From the NCBI GenBank assembly GCA_030390025.1, contig CM059433.1, positions 29,018,001 to 29,082,000 of the forward strand: a stretch of 64,000 bases of DNA. Direction: 5' to 3'. Both the position numbers and the translations under genes were made by a program. How positions within the stretch are numbered: position 1 is the first letter of the stretch; the number at the start of each line of letters is the position of its first letter. Source of the DNA: Squalus acanthias. Lineage: Eukaryota. Below are positions 52,901-64,000 of the stretch, piece after piece. The notes under the pieces were generated by a model. It was not told where the DNA came from, did not search any database, and saw only the letters and a program-made list of their open reading frames with translations.

Positions 52901-55437
52901 ATGTATCCATATGGTACTCCCTTGTCAATTACTTTAAGAGGAATTAACCAGTTTATTCCAAATGGGTTAATACTTCGCAAAATAGCAGAACGTCTAGCTT
53001 GGTAAGCATTTGTGTGTTATTAATCAGCAAGAGTAATTTCTAGCCTCTTGCATTTTAGAAACAGAAAATGTTTGCGATGCAAAGCAATTTGATCAGCATC
53101 TAAACAAAGGTGAACAAAAGGCAAGGCTAATGTGTGATGTGACATTTCATCAGGCTCGTAAGGTTTTGTTACAATGATACTGACTCGCGGCTTAAAAAAT
53201 AAATGTTGTTTACTTACAAAAAAAGTTAAAATCAGCAAACCTTCAATCGAGCTAATCCATCACCATGCAGTAGACTGTCATGGGGTCCAGGACAGGATTG
53301 ATAGCGTGCCTTGCCATTGTAGAATAAACTGCCTATTGGTATTGCAGAATGCTTCACTTCACAGTTTAACAGGATGTGCCACATTTTCCTCACCACAGCA
53401 AGCACTGGCTCAAGTGCGATGAGCAGCCATTCCGCCCTCCCGTGGAAGTCAATACTTAACCCAGGGAATTATCCAGGGTCAGATTCGTTCCCATAATTTT
53501 AGCGCACTCCCAGCGGGATAGCCATCTTCACTTGGGAAATCACACCATCCACTCTGGGGGTGGGTGGAATGGCTGAAGGAGTCGGGCAGCTGCAGCATCT
53601 GAAAGGGGCAGGCAGCCTCGTGAAGCACTGGAAATGCTGCAAAGACCTACCGATCTGGAAGTCTTCCTCAATGGTGGCCCCCGCTGAGTCAGGTGACCAC
53701 ACTGGTCATTTAAATTGTTGGCACGCTTCCTAATATCCAACGTGCCACGGCAGTAATGATGGAAAGTGCGTTGTACCTCATTTAAACCCCCCCACCCCCA
53801 TGTCCATATTTAGAAGGGCTCACATTTCCAAGAGATGCGAGTTAGCATTAAAAAGGGTCTATTTCCGACATTATGACTCCCGCCCCATTGGCCGTCGCTG
53901 CTCGATGTCATGTTGTCATGCCAGAGGTACCACGGAGGAGAGTCCCAGCTCCGGTCTTCACATGTCATAAGGCTGATATTCAGGGCTTGTTTTAAGCGGT
54001 CGGCTTGTTGGGGGTGGGGGCGGGGTCGGTGGCTGTGTGTGCCAGCTCTTTTCAAGCCGTTGGTCAGCTTTTGCGAGCTTTCCAGTTAGGCTTGCATGAA
54101 ATAATGGCACAGAATTTGCTGGGAATATAACGGCCAGTTTAACGGGGCACTCCGCTATTAAGGAGTAAATAACCCAGCAACTTGTGGCGAGGAAGAGCTA
54201 TCCCATGAGTTGCGAATCATAAGAACATAAGTAGTAAGAGCAGGAGTAGGCGACACGGTCCCTCGAGCCTGCTCCGCCATTCAATAAGATCATGGCTGAT
54301 CATTGACCTCAACTCCACTTTCCTGCCCAATCTCCATATCCCTTGATTCCCCTAGAGTCCAAAAATCTATCTATCTCAGCCTTGAATATACTCAAAGACT
54401 CAGCATTCACAGCCCTCTGGGGCAGAGAATTCCAAAGATTCACAACCCTCTGAGTGAAGAAATTCCTCCTCATCTCAGTCTTAAATGGCTGACCCCTTAT
54501 CCTGAGACTATGCCCCCTAGTTCTAGACACACCAGCCAGGAGAAACAACCTCTCAGCATCTACCGTCAATCCCCTTCAGAAGCTTCTATGTTTCAATGAG
54601 ATCACCTCTCATTCTTCTAAACTCCAGAGAGTATAGGCCCATTCTACACAATCTCTCATCATAGGACAGCCCTCTCATCCCAGGAATCAATCTAGTGAAC
54701 CTTCGTTGCACCGTCTCCAAGGCAAGTATATCCTTCCTTAGATAAGGAGACCAGAACTGTGCACAGTACTCCAGGTGTGGTCTCACCAAGGCCCTGTACA
54801 ATTGTAGCAAGACTTCCTTACTCTTATACTCCAACCCCCTTGCAATAAAGGCCAACATGCCATTTGCCTTCCTTATTGCTTGCTGTACCTGCATGCTAGC
54901 TTTCTGTGTTTCGTGCACGAGGACACCCAAATCTCTCTGAACACCAACATTTGAAAGTTTCTCACCATTTAAAAAATATTCTGTGGTGCACAATTAACTG
55001 GCGCTGAAGAGTGAGGGACTCACAGCAGATGCCCCACTCCAGCAAACTCTGGGCCAATGTTGTTGGTAATAATTGGAGCAGAACACTTTTCGTTGGACAA
55101 GCAATCTCACTAATGTTTTCAAGGGAACTGCTCCAAAATGCGCAGTATTTAAAACATTTTAATTACTGATAACATCATTAGGGGTATTGCTGTGGACCAA
55201 TTACTAAGTCTGAAATCGCACAGAAACTGAATAAACACAAAGAACTTGAAGCTGAAACAGTCCACATTACTAACTATACTTCAAATAACGTTAATTCAGC
55301 ATCTTCACTCTATTTTCGCTCAACGGTTTCTCCAACCCAATACCCCAGCGATGAAATCTGTACTCACCAATGAAACAAACGCACTCAGGACTCAACAAAA
55401 AAATGAAACAAAACAAATAGAGGCTTAAGCAAATCAT
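37946..55437 (-). CDS. Candidate 3-exon gene for a small secreted cysteine-rich protein (exons 55437-55368, 46567[or 46579]-46432, 38186-37946; ~148-152 aa)
   Basis: ATG-hydrophobic exon MICLSLYLFCFIFLLSPECVCFI then gtgagt (phase 1). Exon 2 cag..LETCKMRYPNSAYDNSTNCICQ...FIVCG then gtgagt (phase 2). Exon 3 ctttgcag..AQEGIFQKIK...CIKPNYVDFT-stop. Phases join without stops. No homolog recognised. Confidence 0.45.
38680..39135 (+). mobile_element. CR1 3' fragment
   Basis: RFTRMIPELGGYKYQERLNKLGLF...RRNFFTQRVVRMWNSLP. Confidence 0.85.
39366..39674. mobile_element. Short Harbinger MITE of the same family
   Basis: GGGGGAAAAATTGG ... CCAATTTTTCCCCC. Interior matches both ends of 2211-2983. Confidence 0.85.
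40530..40945 (+). repeat. SacSINE1-like SINE
   Basis: GGTGTCAGCTGTGGCTCAGTGGGTAGCACTCTCGCC head and shared core. Confidence 0.8.
42090..42479. mobile_element. Non-autonomous DNA transposon with TAGGGTTGCCA-type TIR (hAT-like)
   Basis: TAGGGTTCCCAACTCT ... AGAGTTGGCAACCCTA; TSD not evident. Confidence 0.6.
42873..43298 (+). repeat. SacSINE1-like SINE
   Basis: Same head, core and tail. Confidence 0.8.
43396..45691. mobile_element. GGCCCGGATTTT-family MITE interrupted by a Harbinger relic
   Basis: TIR GGCCCGGATTTTG / CAAAATCCGGGCC. Interior is collinear with the copies at 490-1278 and 55865-56638 once 43998-45515 is removed. Confidence 0.8.
43998..45515. mobile_element. Degenerate Harbinger element with transposase N-terminal relic (-)
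   Basis: ACT TSD; GGGCTAGAAATTC ... GAATTTCCCCCCC ends. Relic RKPYSPRVFRQHFSYLQLSEEQCIRRL resembles RRAYPPRVYREQLSYIHMSEELCLRRL of the full element. Confidence 0.82.
46841..49696 (+). mobile_element. CR1 LINE ORF2, near complete but disrupted
   Basis: NARSI start, GGGVAV, GVYYRPP, SDHN (APE domain); [32 protein letters not shown]; several frameshifts and stops. Confidence 0.93.
49761..50447 (+). mobile_element. CR1 3' fragment
   Basis: QVQQAVKKANGM...LVRPHLEYCVQFWSP...; (TTCTATG) tail. Confidence 0.9.
50898..51470 (+). mobile_element. Penelope-like fragment (GIY-YIG)
   Basis: LIYYIRCSRRGLLYIGETKHRLRERFAEH...HFNSPSHS...EQHLLFRLGTLQPSG; same 3' tail as the 22 kb copy. Confidence 0.85.
51590..52280 (-). 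mobile_element. CR1 3' fragment
   Basis: MQVQQAIRKANGML...FFTQRVVNLWNSLPQRAV. Confidence 0.9.
52806..53001 (+). CDS. Isolated candidate internal exon (196 nt)
   Basis: Acceptor ttttattttaatgattgcag, donor TG|gtaagc, single open frame CNFHHKQINLLDRVQEQ...IAERLA; no partner exons identified. Confidence 0.25.
54106..55055. mobile_element. Short MITE split by a CR1 insertion
   Basis: GGCACAGAATTTGCTGG ... CCAGCAAACTCTGGGCC with AAT on both sides; CR1 at 54218-54983 inside. Confidence 0.7.
54218..54983 (-). mobile_element. CR1 3' fragment, near identical to 51590-52280
   Basis: EYFLNGEKL...LVRPHLEYCAQFWSP. Confidence 0.9.
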
Positions 55438-55864
55438 ATGTTTTTTTGCAATTAAGTTCTTAATAGAACTCTGAGAAATTAGAAGTGTATTTCTCTAATG
55501 AATGCAGGATACATAATGAATAACCATGGAATACAATTTATAGCTTATGCGTAGGCTGAGTAAGCAACCAAATCCCATGTGAGTTATGGTGAGCGTCATG
55601 TGTCGGGCAAATATTGTAACCCAGGCTTATGTAGTTTGTTTATGCCGTATTACTACATAATTGAAATGTTAAATTAGGTGTAAACTTTAATTTCAAGTGT
55701 GATCCAGTTGATGTGGATTGTAGACTGTGGTAGCCCCAGGAAAATGACAGTAAAGCTATTTACTTCACAACGCTATTTGTTATAACATCCCCACCAAATA
55801 TGAGCTAATATTTGTGTTCGGAGTTAAAAGGCGTGTTTAGTATGGATATTTTATTCAGTATATT

Positions 55865-56638
55865 GGCCTGGATTTTGTGGTAAAAATAATGATGAGGCTA
55901 TCAGCGCTCACCGTTATTAAAGTATAAATAAAGTATAAATTAGACAGCAATTTCCAGCGACTGCACATGCGCAGTTAAACACGGAAATCCAGAAGTTGCT
56001 GTCTGAGTTGTCCTGCTCCTTCAGAAGTTGCACTAGACGTGGCATTGAAACACATGGAACAGCGTGAAGTTGCTATACTTAGGTGATATATACCCATTAA
56101 GCACGCCAGAAAAAGTTAGGGCTTGTCCGTTCTACTGTAAGTGGATTTTGAACAGTGTGATAAGTCTTAATTGCTAACAAACAACCTCTCTGGCACTGAA
56201 AATTAACCTTAACAAGTGTGGCGTCTCAGTCCTTCAGATTTTAATTACTGTTGGCACTTTAAGAAATTAAAAACTTTGAACAATTTTTTTTAACTTTTTC
56301 TTTCTGTCTCTTATCTCTCTCTCTTAATCCAATCTCTCTTTCCCTCTATTTCGCTTTCTGTACATAATTTGGCATTGAATTCAATATTCTAACTTACACT
56401 TCCTGGTTCAGACTCTGCGCTGCTCATTTAGAATCCTTCAATCTGATTCGTTAAGAAGATACACAGTTGCTTGCCCTGCTCACTCAGATCCCAGATCCCC
56501 TGTGGAGGGTGCCGTGCTGAAATGGCTTTCGAATCACAGCAAGTTCCAGTGCAAAAGCCCACTGAAACTCTGTGGGCAAGTGTAAATGTAATGAACGGCT
56601 GGCACTATTCGTTCTCTGCTGACCGCAAAATCCGGGCC
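55865..56638. mobile_element. MITE (GGCCTGGATTTT family)
   Basis: GGCCTGGATTTTG ... CAAAATCCGGGCC; same internal layout as the 490 and 43396 copies. Confidence 0.78.
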
Positions 56639-56641
56639 ATC

Positions 56642-57152
56642 AACCAAACGCAGATTGGGTGACCGCTTTGCAGAACACCTCCGTTCAGTCCGTAAGGGTG
56701 ACCCCAAGCTTCCGGTCGCTTGTCATTTTAATTCTCCGCTCCACTCCCAGTCTGACCTCTCTGTCCTCAGCCTCTTACACTGTTCCAATGAAGCTCAATG
56801 TAAGCTCGAGGAACAGCACCTCATCTTTACAGCCTTCTGGATTCAACGTTGAGTTCAACAATTTCAGACTATAACCCCTGCCCCTATTTTTTCACATGGC
56901 AGCTGTTGATGATTCTGCCATCCTCATTTGCAATACTTAATCACTTCTGCCTTCCACCCTAGCACAGACCATTCCTTTTGTTCTTTCCTCCCCCTCCCCC
57001 CTTTCCCTGCCTCTGCACCTGCTTAAAACCAGTTACATCTCCAGCTTTTTCCAGTTCTGACGAAGGGTCACAGACCTGAAACGTTAACTCTGTTTCTCTC
57101 TCCACGGATGCTGCCTGACCTGCTGAGTGTTTCCAGCATTTTCTGTTGTTTA
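56642..57152 (+). mobile_element. Penelope-like fragment
   Basis: GDRFAEHLRSV...PVACHFNS...KLEEQHLIF and shared 3' tail (CTGACGAAGGGTCACAGACCTGAAACG). Confidence 0.8.
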
Positions 57153-57277
57153 TATTAGGGCAATTTATGACCTTTGCACTGAGACAAATGATTCTGGCCG
57201 ATTTCCATCAAAACTTTGGAACTTTTTTTTTCAATGGAGGATGGATGGCTACCAAGGCTCTTCACTCACTAGACAAA

Positions 57278-60200
57278 TTATGGCCCTTTCTTCACCAACA
57301 GTTTTGAGTCAAAGCACAAAAGAAGATACTGAACAAATAAACCCATCTTTAGCCTCCAGGACCCAGCACCTGGGCACCTGATTTCCGCTAGTCGGGGGCG
57401 CGGTTGGGGCGAGTTAAGGTCAGGGTCGAACTGTTTAACATATTCTCTCCCCCTCCCCCACACAAAAGAAACCTACATTCCTGCAGAATGGGTGGGTGGG
57501 ATCAAGCTGTACAGACGATCTCTCTTAGGCAGTCCCTCGGAACCGAGGATGACTTGCTTCCACATTAAAAATGAGTTCTCAGGTGACTGATGAGTCCAAT
57601 ACAGTCTCTGTCACAGGTGGGGCAGATGGTGGTTGAAGGGGCAGGTGGGTGGGATGCTTGGGTTGACGTGCGCTCCTTGCGCTGCTTGCGCTTGGCTTCC
57701 GCTTGCTCCCGGCAAAGAGACTCGAGGTATTCGGCGCCTTCCCAAATGCTTCTCCTCCACTTTGTGCGGTCTTGGGCCAGGGATTCCCAGGTGTCAGTGG
57801 GGATGTTGCACTTTTTCAAGGAGGCTTTGAGGGTCTCCTTGAAGCGTTTCCTCTGCCCACCTGGGGCTCTCTTGCCGTTTTGGAGCTCTGAGTAGAGTGC
57901 TTGTTTTGGGAGTCTTGTATCGGGCATGCGGATGATGTGACACGTCCATCGGAGCTGATCGAGCGTGGTCAAAGCTTCAATGCTGGGGATGTTGGCCTGA
58001 GCGAGAACATTGACGTTGGTGAACCTATCCTGCCAATGGATTTGCAGGATCTTGCAGAGGCAGCGTTGGTGGCACCTCTCCAGTGCTTTGAGGTGCCTGC
58101 TGTACATGGTCCATGTCTCTGAGGCATACAGGTGGGCGGGTATTACTACTGCTCTGTAGACCATGAGCTTGGTGCCGGGTTTGAGGTCCTGGTCTTCAAA
58201 CACTCTCTTCCTCAGGCGACCGAAGGCTGCACTGGCACACTGAAGGTGGTGTTGGACTTCGTCATCAACGTCTGCCCTTGTTAACAGTAGGCTCCCGAGG
58301 TATGGAAAGTGGTCCACGTTGTCCAAGGCCTTGTCGTGGATTTTGATAATTGGGCAGTACTGTGTGGCAGGGGCAGGTTGGTAGAGGACCTTTGTCTTAC
58401 GGATGTTTGGTGTAAGGCCCATGCTCTCGTACGCTTCGGTGAAGGTGTTAATGATGGTTTGGAGTTCAACCTCCGAGTGTGCGCAGACGCAAGCGTCGTC
58501 TGCATATTGTAAATCGACAACAGAGGATGGGACAACCTTGGATCTGGACTGGAGGCAACGGAGGTTGAACAGTTTCCCGTTTGTTCTGTAAATTAGCTCC
58601 ACTCCAGGGGGGAGCTTACTGAGAGTGACATAGAGCATTGCAGCAAGGAAGATCGAGAAGAGCGTTGGTGCGATGACACAGCCTTGCTTGACCCCGGTCC
58701 ATAAGTGAATTGGGTCTGTGGTGGAACCGTTGGTCAGGATCACGGCTTGCATGTCGTCATGAAGCAGGCGACGGATGGTGACAAACTTTTGAGGGCAGCC
58801 GAATTTGAGGAGGACACGCCATAATCCCTCACGGTTGACAGTGTCGAAGGCCTTTGTGAGGTCAAAGAAGGCCATGTACAGCGGTTGGTGCTGATACCTG
58901 CATTTCTTTTGTAGTTGACGCGCGGTGAAGATCATGTCCATTGTGCCCCTTAGTGGACGGAATCCGCATTGCAACTCTGGGAGGAGCTCTTCGGCCACTG
59001 GGAGAAGGCGATTGAGGAGGATTCTTGCGATGACTTTCCCTGTGGCAGACAGCAGGGAGACTCCTCTGTAATTACCGCAATCAGACTTGTCACCTTTCTT
59101 GAAGATGGTCACAATTACGGCGTCTCTGAGATCCCCTGGCATGCTCTCCTCTTTCCAGATAAGAGAAATGAGTTCATGAATTCACACCAGTAGTGCTTCT
59201 CTGCCATGCTTTAGTGCCTCGGCAGGGATTCCATCTGCTCCTGAGGCCTTGTTGTTCTTCAGTTGTCGGATGGCCTTTTCAACCTCATGCCGGGCTGGGG
59301 TTGTGCTGAGGTGGTGGCGGGTAGCAAGCTGCGGGATGGAGTTGAGGACACTCGCGTCGAAAACAGAGTCTCGGTTAAGGAGATCTTCGAAGTGCTCCTT
59401 CCAGCGGGCACTGACTGCCTCCCTGTCCTTGATGAGTACCTCTCTGTTCTTGGCCCGCAGTGGAGTAGGACCTTGGGTGCTTGGGCCGTAGGTGGTCTTG
59501 ACTGCGCTAAAGAATCCACGCACGTCGTAGTTGTCGGCTAGCTGCTGGATCTCCTGCACTTTCTTCACCCACCATCTGTTCTTTAGGTCGCGAGTTTTTT
59601 GTTGGACCTCGGCCTTCAGGCATCTGTAGAGCTGCTTTTTTGCTCTCGAGTTCTGTTGCTGTTTCCAGATCAGGAGTGCCTTGCGCTGGCGGCTTATTAG
59701 CTCCTGGATCTCCTGGTCATTCTCATCGAACCAGTCTTGGTGTTTCCTGGTCGAGTGACCGAGCGTATATTCACAGGTGCTGATTATGGAGGCCTTGAGT
59801 GCAGACCAGGCGCTGTGGACACTCTGTGTCTCTGCATCACTGGGAGTCGTCAGGTTGTTTGTGAGGCGCAGGCTGAATAGGGCTTCCTTAGTGGGGTCTT
59901 TGAGTGCTCCAGCGTTGATTTTTCTGCGGCATTGTTTCTGTTGCCGCCGCTGTTTTGGGGCTACATTGATGGAGATGACAGAGCGAATTGGCCGGTGGTC
60001 TGTTCAGCAGTCGTCAGCTCCTGTCATGGCACGGGTGATGCGGACATCCTTGCGGTCTCTCGCTCTGACGATGACGTAGTCCAGCAGATGCCAGTGCTTG
60101 GAGCGAGGGTGCTGCCATGAAGCCTTGTACTTGTCTCTCTGACGGAACAAGGTGTTGGTTATGACAAGGCCATGTTTTAAGCATTTTGTCAGGAGGAGGG

Positions 60201-63014
60201 TACCGTTGCAATTGGTTTTCCCCACCCCCTCTCTGCCGATCACACCTCCCCAGACGATACCTATAATTGGAAGGATGAAGATAACTCTACTGGATAGGTA
60301 CCTTCTTCATCCCACAGCCTTCATATGCTGGAGAAGCATCCCGATTTCGGAGGGGAGGGAGAGTCCTGCATGAGGGCCATTACATCAGTTATCACAACCG
60401 ATGTTGCTAAGGCATTGTCTAGCACTGCAATTAAATCTGGACAGCGTGGTGTAGAAAAAAGGATGAAAAAGAAGAGAGGTTGAAAAATGAAGCTCTGTAA
60501 TACAGATAGTTCATGTAAGTAAATTGGTCAGAGTACTTTTACAGGAAAGGTAATATAAATTCATTGCTTGAACTATATTTGAGGCACATCATTACAATTT
60601 AACCTAGAAACGCTGCAAAATATAAACACAAATGAGAAAGTGGGGTTTCTCAATCTTATATTTAAATTAAAATGGCAAAAGTATAATCAAGTGGAAATTG
60701 TATTCATTTATATTTTGTGTTAACTTACAGTATACAATTGTTGACCATTAATATCTGAAGTGGATCTTATTAACTAACACTAGCATAGTGTCAACCAAGG
60801 AGAAGTAAAGATTTATGAATTCACAACAAGCTGTACACAGCAATCTAGCAGCTGTATGCAAAAATTATATATTAAAATAACTCTCGTTAGATGGAGGACA
60901 GTAGCAAGCTCTTCCCATAGAGCGCAGAGAATAATGGATAGCTGGGAATAATACCAATATTGTAGTCTTGTAAATGAGTCAGACACTGTCATAAACCACA
61001 CTTACTTCATCTTGCCATACCTTTGGCATCAACAAATCAGAACTGAAGAGATTAGGGGACAAACAAATTAAAAGCACAGACATCGGCTGGAAAACTGCCA
61101 ACAAGGAACGACTGAAAACTTCAGGAAAAAACCCAAACCTGAATGACCAGTCAGGATTATTTACCAAATCCCAGGAATTCACAAGAGCTACCAACGTCTA
61201 GGACTAACCGACCCCCCACCCTCCAATAATACATGACACTAAGATGTCAGCCGTGGCTCAGTGGGTAGCACTCTCACCTCTGAGTCAGTAGGTTGTTAGA
61301 TCAAGCCCCACTTGAGCACAATAATCTAAGCTGACACTCCAGTGCAGTACTGAGGGAGTGCTGCACTGTCGGAGGTGCCAACTTTCAGATGAGATGTTAA
61401 ACCGAGGCCCCGTCTGCTCTCTCAAGTATCTGTAAAAGCTCTCATGGCACTATTTCAAAGATGAGTGGGTGAATTCTACCCACTATCCTGGCTGATGTTT
61501 ATCCCTCAACCAACATCACCAGAACAGATTATCTGGTCATTATCACATTGCCATTTGTGGGAGCTTGCTGGGTGCAAATTGGCTGCCATGATACAACACT
61601 GACTGTACTTCATTGGAACATCCTGAGGTTCTGAAAGGCGCTATATAATGCAAGTCTTTCTATCTTTTTCTTTAACATGCCGAATGGCTGTGCAGATCAC
61701 AGGTTTTGAAAATGCGCCAGTGTGAAATGTCGCAGCTATAGCATGTGCTAAAGTTACATTTTCACCTGCCAGAAATTCTGATGAAACAGTTTATCGGAGT
61801 GGGGAATAAATCACGGTCCCACTATTTTCAACGGGCACAATGCTGTAAACAGTCTACATAACGTAAGGCCTCAAAGATCAGTTTTGTGACAAAAGACCTG
61901 CAATACAATTTTGATACTTCTATAGTTTACAAGGTCATCTTGCATAGAATTACAAAGAATTTACAGCACAGAAACAGGCCATTCAGCCCAACTGGTCCAT
62001 GCCAGTGTTTATGCTCCACACGAGTCTCCTCCTACTCCTCTTCATCTCACCCTATCAGCACATCCTTCTATTCCTTCCTCCCTCGTGTACTTATCTAACT
62101 ATCCCTTAAATGTATCTATGCTATTTGCCTCAACTACTCCTTGTGGTAGCGAGTTCCACATTCTCACCACTCACTGAGTAAAGATGTTTCTCCTGAATTC
62201 TCATCTGAATGGCTTCTGAATTAACTCTTAAGATTGAGTTATGAACCTTTCACACTTTGTTGCAGGTATTTGTTTTAACTTTGCTGTTCTAAAAATAAAT
62301 ATGCACTGTACACTGCGCTGACTGACAGCTGTACATGTTGCCGCAGACTGCCACAGGGCAGGTGGAAGGTGCTGTATCGCTTTGTGGTGAAAGCAATTAG
62401 CAACAACTTGTATTTATACAGCACCTTTAACGTAGTAAAACGTCCCGAGGTGCTTCACAAGAGCGTTATCAAACATAATTTGACACCGAGCCACATAAGG
62501 AGATATTAGGACAGGTGACCAAAAGCTTGATCAAAGAGGAAGGTTTTAAGGAGCAACTTAAAGGAGGAGAGAGAGGTAGAGCGGTTTAGGGAGGGAATTC
62601 CAGAGCTCAGGGCCTCGGCAGCTGAAGGCTAAATCACTGTGCAGCAACTGGAAGATGAAAATAAACGTTTTTTTAAATTACAAAAGCAAAATACCGCGGA
62701 TGCTGGAGATCTGAAATAAAAACAGAAAATGCTGGAAATACTCAGCAGGGCAGGCAGTATCTTATATTGGAAAGGTTTATTTATATTGGTTCGGTATTAA
62801 AATTTATGTAAGTGTCACTTCTTGAGAGCGAGAAGTTGTTTTAATTCTTTCAAGTAAAGACTTCCCCAGGCCCTCAATTAAATGAACAGAGAGAGAAAAA
62901 ATAGAGGCCAAGAAAAATGCACCTACTTATATTTTGTTGTGGGAAATGAAAATAAATGTTCTGAGCATTCTGGACATACTGGAAAGCCTAATGGGAACAT
63001 TACTCCAGCTTCAA
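57278..63014 (-). CDS. Candidate 3' exons of a second unidentified gene (63014-62927, 61042-61006, 57328-57278)
   Basis: Pyrimidine-rich acceptors and gtaggt/gtaagt donors; phases 2 and 0 join to EAGVMFPLGFPVCPECSEHLFSFPTTKYNSDLLMPKVWQDEYLLLCFDSKLLVKKGP-stop. Last exon least certain. Confidence 0.4.
57520..60250 (-). mobile_element. RTE-clade LINE, 5'-truncated, few disruptions
   Basis: 525-aa RT ORF (KKGDKSDCGNYRGVSLL, FDLTKAFDTV, GVKQGCVIAP, LQYADD, C-terminal CPTC..H); endonuclease end (HWHLLDYVIV). CAGACGAT at 57512-57519 and 60251-60258. Confidence 0.92.
61245..61665 (+). repeat. SacSINE1-like SINE
   Basis: Same head, core and tail. Confidence 0.8.
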
Positions 63015-63334
63015 CTGATAGTGCAGGAAGAAGTGATAGATCAAAGGTTTAAACTCTTTTAACAGTGATATACAGTATCATGTTTGTGGACTCAGTATCT
63101 ATTCACACTGTGTTGGTTCCATAAGCCGATGTAATAAAGGTTATTTGTCTCACTGCCAGTTCCACTAGGCTATGCGGGATCCGAAGGATCATTTAAGCAA
63201 TGGTTACATTATAGGTGCATAAAGCATGTGGACTGACTAGTTGCACACCGATTTAGATACACTAGTATCAAAAATTAAAACCCATGTATTTATATATAAA
63301 AAAACAAATATATAAAAAAATATTTTAAAACATT

Positions 63335-63740
63335 TTAAGAATGGTACCAGGGATGAGGGACGTAAGTTACATGGAGAGACTGGAGAAGATGGGGTTGTTC
63401 TCCTTAGAGCAGAGAAGGTTAAGCGGAGATTTAATAGGGGTGTACAAAATCATGAAGGGTTTTGATAGAGTAGATGGGGGGAAATTGTTCCTACTGGCAG
63501 AAGGTCGGTAACCAGAGGGCACGGATTTAAGGTAATTGGCAAAAGAACCAGAGGTGAGATGAGGATAATTTTTTTTATGCAGCGAGTTGTTGTGATTACT
63601 TTCAAAAGGGAATTGGATATATACTTGAAGGGGAAAAATTTCGAAGGGGGTGGGACTAATTGTATTGCTCTTTCAAAGAGCTGGCACAGGCACAATGGGC
63701 CAAATGGCCTCCTTCTGTGCTGTATCATTCTATGATTCTA
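63335..63740 (+). mobile_element. CR1 3' fragment
   Basis: GGGTTGTTCTCCTTAGAGCAGAGAAGG; ATTCTATGATTCTA tail. Confidence 0.8.
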
Positions 63741-64000
63741 CAAGCTTACACATTATACATTTTAGTATATTTTACGTAGTTTATAACATCTGCTCACATT
63801 TACATGGATGCCTAACATGCCTAATGATGACACTCAATACATTACACCATGCATTTTGTAACTCTCCCAACTATCCGTTCCCAAAGAACAATACCACAGT
63901 GTAAGGGGTAGTACTGAGTAAATTGTAACCTTGCTGCATTCGCCTCTGGCACTTGTACTTGTACAAAATCATGAAGGGTTTTGATAGAGTAGATGGGGGG

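Overview
Repeat-dense eukaryotic DNA. The mix of CR1, L2, RTE and Penelope retroelements with tRNA-headed Deu-type SINEs suggests a cartilaginous fish (shark); this is an inference. The main feature is a full-length PIF/Harbinger DNA transposon (13375-17475, TTA target-site duplication, TSD). It carries an intact, manually spliced three-exon Myb/SANT-like gene (+, ~458 aa) and a convergent HARBI1-type DDE transposase (-) broken by one frameshift. At least five related derivatives or relics and several MITE families lie nearby. Other features: an ORF1-only Tx1/L1-like retroelement with an 8-bp TSD inserted in a SINE tRNA head; many nested insertions with readable TSDs; two minisatellites (21-22 bp, split by a CR1; and a 2.7 kb GATTGTTACTGACAC-polyG array). 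Between the repeats, phase-compatible minus-strand exons assemble into a candidate ~148-152 aa secreted cysteine-rich protein and the C-terminus of a second unidentified protein. No rRNA, true tRNA or CRISPR is supported. Repeat boundaries without a stated TSD are approximate.
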